A stretch of DNA of 41,572 nucleotides from a virus. Below the pieces are notes generated by a model, which searched no databases, was not told the DNA's origin, and saw nothing but the letters and a program-made list of their open reading frames with translations. The position numbers were made by a program, and so were the translations under genes. Below are positions 39,644-41,572 of the stretch, in pieces; within the stretch, counting starts at the first letter, position 1, and the number at the start of each line of letters is the position of its first letter. Where the stretch lies: positions 1-41,572 of IMG/VR virus record IMGVR_UViG_3300045988_021153; one strand, 5' to 3'.

Positions 39644-40237
39644 ATGAAAATCGAGATCCCGGAAAGCGTGAGGGTGACGATCCACGGGCTGATCTCGCGC
39701 GGGATACAGGCCGTGGAGGTGTCGGACGCGGGGCATCTGATCTTCACGCTGACGGACGGCGAGAAGATCGATCTCGGAGACATCCGAGGCCCGGAAGGGC
39801 CAAGGGGAGAAGCCGGACCGCAGGGGCCGGCCGGACGCGACGGCGCAGACGGAAAGGACGGCGAGACAGGCCCGCGCGGGCAGCCAGGGCCGAAGGGCGA
39901 CAGCTTCCAGACCGTGGTGGAGGACGACGGAAATGGCAACATCACCATCCGGGCGCTGACGACCGAAGGGACCGGAACGAGCGGGCAGAACGGATACACG
40001 TTCACGCCGTCCGTCAGCGCGGAGGGCGTTATCAGCTGGACGAACGACGGCGGGCTCGTGAATCCGGAGCCCGTGAACATCAAGGGACCTGCCGGAGCGA
40101 ATGGGCAGCAAGGGCCTGCGGGAACGAACGGAAAAACGCCGGTGAAGGGGACGGATTATTTTACGCAGGCAGACAAGGAGGAGCTTGTGCAGGCGGTGCT
40201 GGCAGCGCTGCCTAATGGAGACACGGAGGCGTATTGA
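39644..40237 (+). CDS. Collagen-like tail fibre protein
   Basis: G-X-Y runs: GPEGPRGEAGPQGPAGRDGADGKDGETGPRGQPGPKGD and GPAGANGQQGPAGTNGK. Confidence 0.8.
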   Translation: MKIEIPESVRVTIHGLISRGIQAVEVSDAGHLIFTLTDGEKIDLGDIRGPEGPRGEAGPQGPAGRDGADGKDGETGPRGQPGPKGDSFQTVVEDDGNGNITIRALTTEGTGTSGQNGYTFTPSVSAEGVISWTNDGGLVNPEPVNIKGPAGANGQQGPAGTNGKTPVKGTDYFTQADKEELVQAVLAALPNGDTEAY

Positions 40238-41088
40238 TGGCAAAGGTAGCTGTAACAAAGGCAAAGCTGGTGGCGCTGGCAGATGCCGTGCGCGGAAAAG
40301 CCGGAGTGAGCGGGAAAAAGACGATCGACGAGCTGACACAGGCCGTGGATGGAATCAACGTAGGGACAAACACGGCAGACGCAACGGGCGGAGCGGAACA
40401 GATGCTTGCGGGATACACCGCATACGGAGCGGGAGGCAAGTTTACGGGGGCGATCGAGAGCTTCAGCGGGTGGGAGGTTGCGCCGTCCGCGGCGCCGACG
40501 ACCATCAAAGGCCGGCGCTATCTTGCAAGCGACATGACGATCAAAGCGGCAAGGCTGCAAGACAGGACGGTAAAGCCGACGACAAGCAGGCAGACCATCA
40601 GCAAGACGGATGCCGCGTGTTACGGGCTCGGCACAGTGACGGTGGAGGGCGCGAAGCTTCAGGCGTGCAGCGTGACGCCGAAAGACACAGAGCAGAACAT
40701 CACGCCGTCCGGAGATAATATCGGATTCTCGTCCGTGCACGTCGAGCCGATCAAAAACTACACTAAGTTCATGCGGTTCGTCATGCAAGGAAGCGGCGGA
40801 AACGGGCTGCGAATACCAAACACGGACGGCTTTACAAGCATATTTGAGTGCAGCGTACTCAGCGGGACAAAGCTGGAGGAGGTCACGGAGAGCGGTGTCG
40901 TGCTCGCCGCTTTCTGGTTAGATGGTAAAAGCCTTGTCAAGCAGGCGTCACACAACGGGTTCCAGGCAATCGTGACATACAATGAAAACCTGAGCTGTTC
41001 GGTCGGACAGGATGAGATCATCATCATGAGCTCGCTACAGGGCACGAAGTTCTCAGGACCGCTCGTTGTGTCGGTATACGGAAGGTGA
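40237..41088 (+). CDS. Tail fibre / receptor-binding protein
   Basis: TGATG overlap. The N-terminus KAKLVALADAVRGKAGVSGKKTIDELTQAVDGI shares the anchor motif of 195..2096. The C-terminal third is lower in GC. Confidence 0.7.
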   Translation: MAKVAVTKAKLVALADAVRGKAGVSGKKTIDELTQAVDGINVGTNTADATGGAEQMLAGYTAYGAGGKFTGAIESFSGWEVAPSAAPTTIKGRRYLASDMTIKAARLQDRTVKPTTSRQTISKTDAACYGLGTVTVEGAKLQACSVTPKDTEQNITPSGDNIGFSSVHVEPIKNYTKFMRFVMQGSGGNGLRIPNTDGFTSIFECSVLSGTKLEEVTESGVVLAAFWLDGKSLVKQASHNGFQAIVTYNENLSCSVGQDEIIIMSSLQGTKFSGPLVVSVYGR

Positions 41089-41098
41089 GGTGGGAAAC

Positions 41099-41572
41099 AT
41101 GGCAGAAAAAGAATTAAGATCGATCCAATTCCCCGGGCTGGAAGACGTGTACGTCGTGCCGGAGGGCGGCGGTGGCGGAGCGACCGGTCCTGCCGGAAAG
41201 GATGGACTCACGCCGACGATCGGAGCAAACGGGAACTGGTATCTCGGCGACGAAGATACCGGGAAGCCGTCCCGCGGTGAAAAGGGCATTCCCGGCGAGA
41301 AGGGCGCTGACGGAGCAGCCGGTAAAGACGGCTACAGCCCGGAGGCGACTGTAACGCAGATCAATGGCGGCGCGAAGATCATTATCAAGGACAAAAACGG
41401 CACGACATCCGCAAACGTGATGAACGGCGCACAAGGGCCGAAGGGCGACAAGGGAGACCCCGGTGTGCAGGGGCCGCGCGGTGAACAGGGCCCTGCCGGA
41501 GAACGAGGCCCGAAAGGAGAGCCTGGAACACCGGCGGTGACGGCGGCGGACAACGGAAAGTTCCTGCGGGTC
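41099..41572 (+). CDS. N-terminal part of a collagen-like tail fibre protein (continues at 1..198; 176 aa in total)
   Basis: RBS aggtgaggtggg precedes the ATG at 41099. G-X-Y runs. No stop before the window end, and the frame continues at position 1. Confidence 0.8.
   Translation, partial: MAEKELRSIQFPGLEDVYVVPEGGGGGATGPAGKDGLTPTIGANGNWYLGDEDTGKPSRGEKGIPGEKGADGAAGKDGYSPEATVTQINGGAKIIIKDKNGTTSANVMNGAQGPKGDKGDPGVQGPRGEQGPAGERGPKGEPGTPAVTAADNGKFLRV
41432..41572. repeat. Terminal direct repeat, copy 2 (identical to 1..141)
   Basis: Same 141 nt as the window start. It lies inside a coding region. Confidence 0.95.

Larger units (their letters stand above)
1..41572. mobile_element. Complete temperate phage genome, circularly closed contig (unit length 41,431 bp)
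   Basis: Identical 141-bp ends. A full set of lysis, lysogeny (integrase, repressor, attP), replication, packaging, head and tail modules. One gene reads in frame through the junction. Confidence 0.85.

Noticed and set aside
39780-41530. A diversity-generating retroelement or other hypervariation system acting on the fibre genes.
   Set aside because: No reverse transcriptase gene and no template/variable repeat pair were found. The collagen-like regions are similar only in G-X-Y periodicity, not in nucleotide sequence.

Overview
The window is a complete, circularly closed temperate phage genome. Its first 141 bp are identical to its last 141 bp, giving a unit length of 41,431 bp. By eye it is GC-rich (about 60%), with AGGAGG-type ribosome binding sites and Firmicutes/Clostridia-like gene content. 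No searches or programs were run. All family names come from motifs I read in the translations, and start codons are best guesses.

Plus-strand layout:
- Tail and lysis: a tail-associated metallophosphoesterase (195..2096), then an XhlA-like gene, two holin-like genes and an amidase (2127..3845). A 240-bp low-GC gene is inserted in this lysis cassette.
- Low-GC moron (4123..5051): three genes with their own promoter and terminator, possibly a toxin-antitoxin-like system.
- Cargo operon (5153..6542): three genes.
- attP: contains the 3' end of a tRNA, flanked by GTTAGCAT repeats.
- Lysogeny module (minus strand, 6750..10552): integrase, a membrane-tethered HTH protein, a membrane-anchored SWIM/Mrr-like nuclease that is my best candidate for a novel defence gene, and a CI-like repressor.
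- Early region (10.6-18.6 kb): three reiterated minus-strand promoter/gene cassettes interleaved with plus-strand genes, a PcfK/AcrIIA9-like gene, a DUF1064 nuclease, an N6-adenine methyltransferase with an (EKAAA)5 repeat, an HUH Rep protein and a Cys-rich KTR protein.
- Packaging and head: TerS, TerL, a 583-aa protein, portal, scaffold and an N4-gp56-type capsid protein.
- Tail: a T7-like order without tube or sheath genes, including one 3,184-aa polyvalent virion protein (23% of the genome). It is followed by collagen-like fibres, one of which spans the circular junction.

No CRISPR array, reverse transcriptase, rRNA or complete tRNA was seen.
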